This document shows, piece after piece, positions 62,742-64,000 of a stretch of 64,000 nucleotides of DNA; the first letter of the stretch is position 1; every line of letters starts with the position of its first letter. This DNA is from Betaproteobacteria bacterium (GTDB taxonomy: Bacteria; Bacillota; SHA-98; UBA4971), in the NCBI GenBank assembly GCA_050260395.1, contig JBLNCC010000086.1, forward strand, positions 71 to 64,070, given 5' to 3'. Position numbers and translations under genes: made by a program. Under the pieces are notes generated by a model. That model saw only the letters and a list, made by a program, of their open reading frames with translations. It had not been told where the DNA came from and ran no database searches.

Positions 62742-63893
62742 CTATTTATGGGCTGACGATGTGCCCCTTTTCGCGTCTTCGTATATATATACAAGTTCCT
62801 TGTCGAACAGAGGTCGCTTGAGATTCACCGCCGTGGCGCGCACCGCGGGCAACATCGCGGCCGCCTCCTCATCCGTGAGGTTTATGCCGTATTCAAGGAA
62901 CTTCGCCTTGAGCGCGTGCTTGCCTGAATGCTTGCCGATGATGATCTGTCTCTGGAGCCCCACTTCCTCCGGCGGGAAGACCTCATAAGTCCTGGGGTTC
63001 TTAAGGACTCCATCCGCATGGATCCCAGACTCATGCGCGAAGGTATTCGTGCCCACGATAGGCTTCCCAGGCGGGATCTCCCTCCCGGAGGCCCTCGCCA
63101 CGTACTCGGAGATCTCTCTGAATCTCGTGGTCTTGACTCCGAGGTCTATGCCGTAGATGTGCTTGAGAGCCATCACGACCTCCTCGAGGGCTGCGTTCCC
63201 CGCGCGCTCGCCGAGGCCGTTGACGGTCACTCCAACGTACCTGGCGCCCGCCTGGACTCCCGCGAGGGTGTTGGCTGTGGCCATCCCGAAGTCGTTGTGA
63301 GTATGGGTCTCGATGTCCAGCCCGGTCTGCTCGTGGAGGGTCTTGATTCGCTCATACATGGTCAAAGGATCCAAGAGACCCACGGTGTCACAGTAACGGA
63401 GCCTGTTTGCGCCAGCTCCTTTCGCCGCCATGGCGAACTCGAGGAGGAAGTCGGGGTCGGCGCGGCTTGCGTCCTCGGCGTTGACGGATATGTACAGCCC
63501 GTACTGGGCCGCGTACACCGCCGCCTGGGTCATCGCATCGAGAACCTGCTGGCGTGTCATGCGAAGCTTGTGGAAGATGTGTATGTCAGACACGGAAATG
63601 GATATGGCTACGGCGTCTACCCCGCAGTCGATCGATGCCTCCAGGTCGGAGATGACAGCCCTGTTCCACGCCATGATGCTCGCGTTAAGCCCAGCGTGGG
63701 CGATCGCCTTTACGGCCTCCTTTTCGTCACCACCCATGGCAGGGATGCCGGCCTCGATCTGATCCACGCCGATCTCGTCCAGCATTCTCGCGATCCGCAG
63801 TTTCTCCGTTCGGGCGAACACGACGCCCGCCGTTTGCTCGCCATCACGCAACGTCGTGTCAACGATGAGGACCTTCTTGTCCTTTTCCCTCAT
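62742..63893 (-). CDS. Homocitrate synthase/NifV-like DRE-TIM synthase (possibly Re-citrate synthase)
   Basis: [36 protein letters not shown]. Lacks the LeuA C-terminal regulatory domain. Confidence 0.88.
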   Translation of the reverse strand: MREKDKKVLIVDTTLRDGEQTAGVVFARTEKLRIARMLDEIGVDQIEAGIPAMGGDEKEAVKAIAHAGLNASIMAWNRAVISDLEASIDCGVDAVAISISVSDIHIFHKLRMTRQQVLDAMTQAAVYAAQYGLYISVNAEDASRADPDFLLEFAMAAKGAGANRLRYCDTVGLLDPLTMYERIKTLHEQTGLDIETHTHNDFGMATANTLAGVQAGARYVGVTVNGLGERAGNAALEEVVMALKHIYGIDLGVKTTRFREISEYVARASGREIPPGKPIVGTNTFAHESGIHADGVLKNPRTYEVFPPEEVGLQRQIIIGKHSGKHALKAKFLEYGINLTDEEAAAMLPAVRATAVNLKRPLFDKELVYIYEDAKRGTSSAHK

Positions 63894-64000
63894 TGCTTCG
63901 TCCCTCCTCCTTTTGTGCTAGAGACTGCATATATATGCATGCACCTTCGCGGCAGCGCAGCAGCTTTGCCTCGCGTCACTCAGCTATCGCCCGCGGCGCT

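Noticed and set aside
62742-63893. Evidence of nitrogen fixation (nifV)
   Set aside because: No nif genes are nearby, and the operon context is oxoacid elongation.

Overview
A 64-kb chromosomal stretch from a high-GC, endospore-forming Bacillota (Firmicutes). The lineage is inferred from the sporulation genes yunB, bofC, spoIID and spoIIM, a CIRCE element, a T-box, a Gram-positive LexA box, sigH/sigG-type promoters and an RNase P RNA. Most of the window is housekeeping: mutS2, PBP1A, tyrS, groESL, yebC, recO, glyQS, ppdK, dnaG-sigA, two tRNAs, rnhA, rnpB, cysE/cysK, copA and a nifV-like/leuCD-like/IDH operon. No CRISPR array, prophage or transposase was seen. The most interesting items are: (1) a 9-gene Opp-type ABC importer + two unknown membrane proteins + class III aminotransferase + rifampin-phosphotransferase-like dikinase cluster of unknown substrate; (2) a LexA-boxed mutasome cassette with a split ImuB (inactive Y-polymerase with a RecA-NT motif, plus ImuB-C) and dnaE2 but no imuA; (3) a ~198-bp highly structured dispersed repeat with terminal inverted repeats, in three copies, one starting at a predicted sigG transcription start; (4) a Rad52-like annealase candidate apparently in a forespore (sigG) operon; (5) a glycine T-box that leads first into a SpoIIM-family membrane gene and only then glyQS. 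All calls come from motif recognition by eye; no database searches were run.
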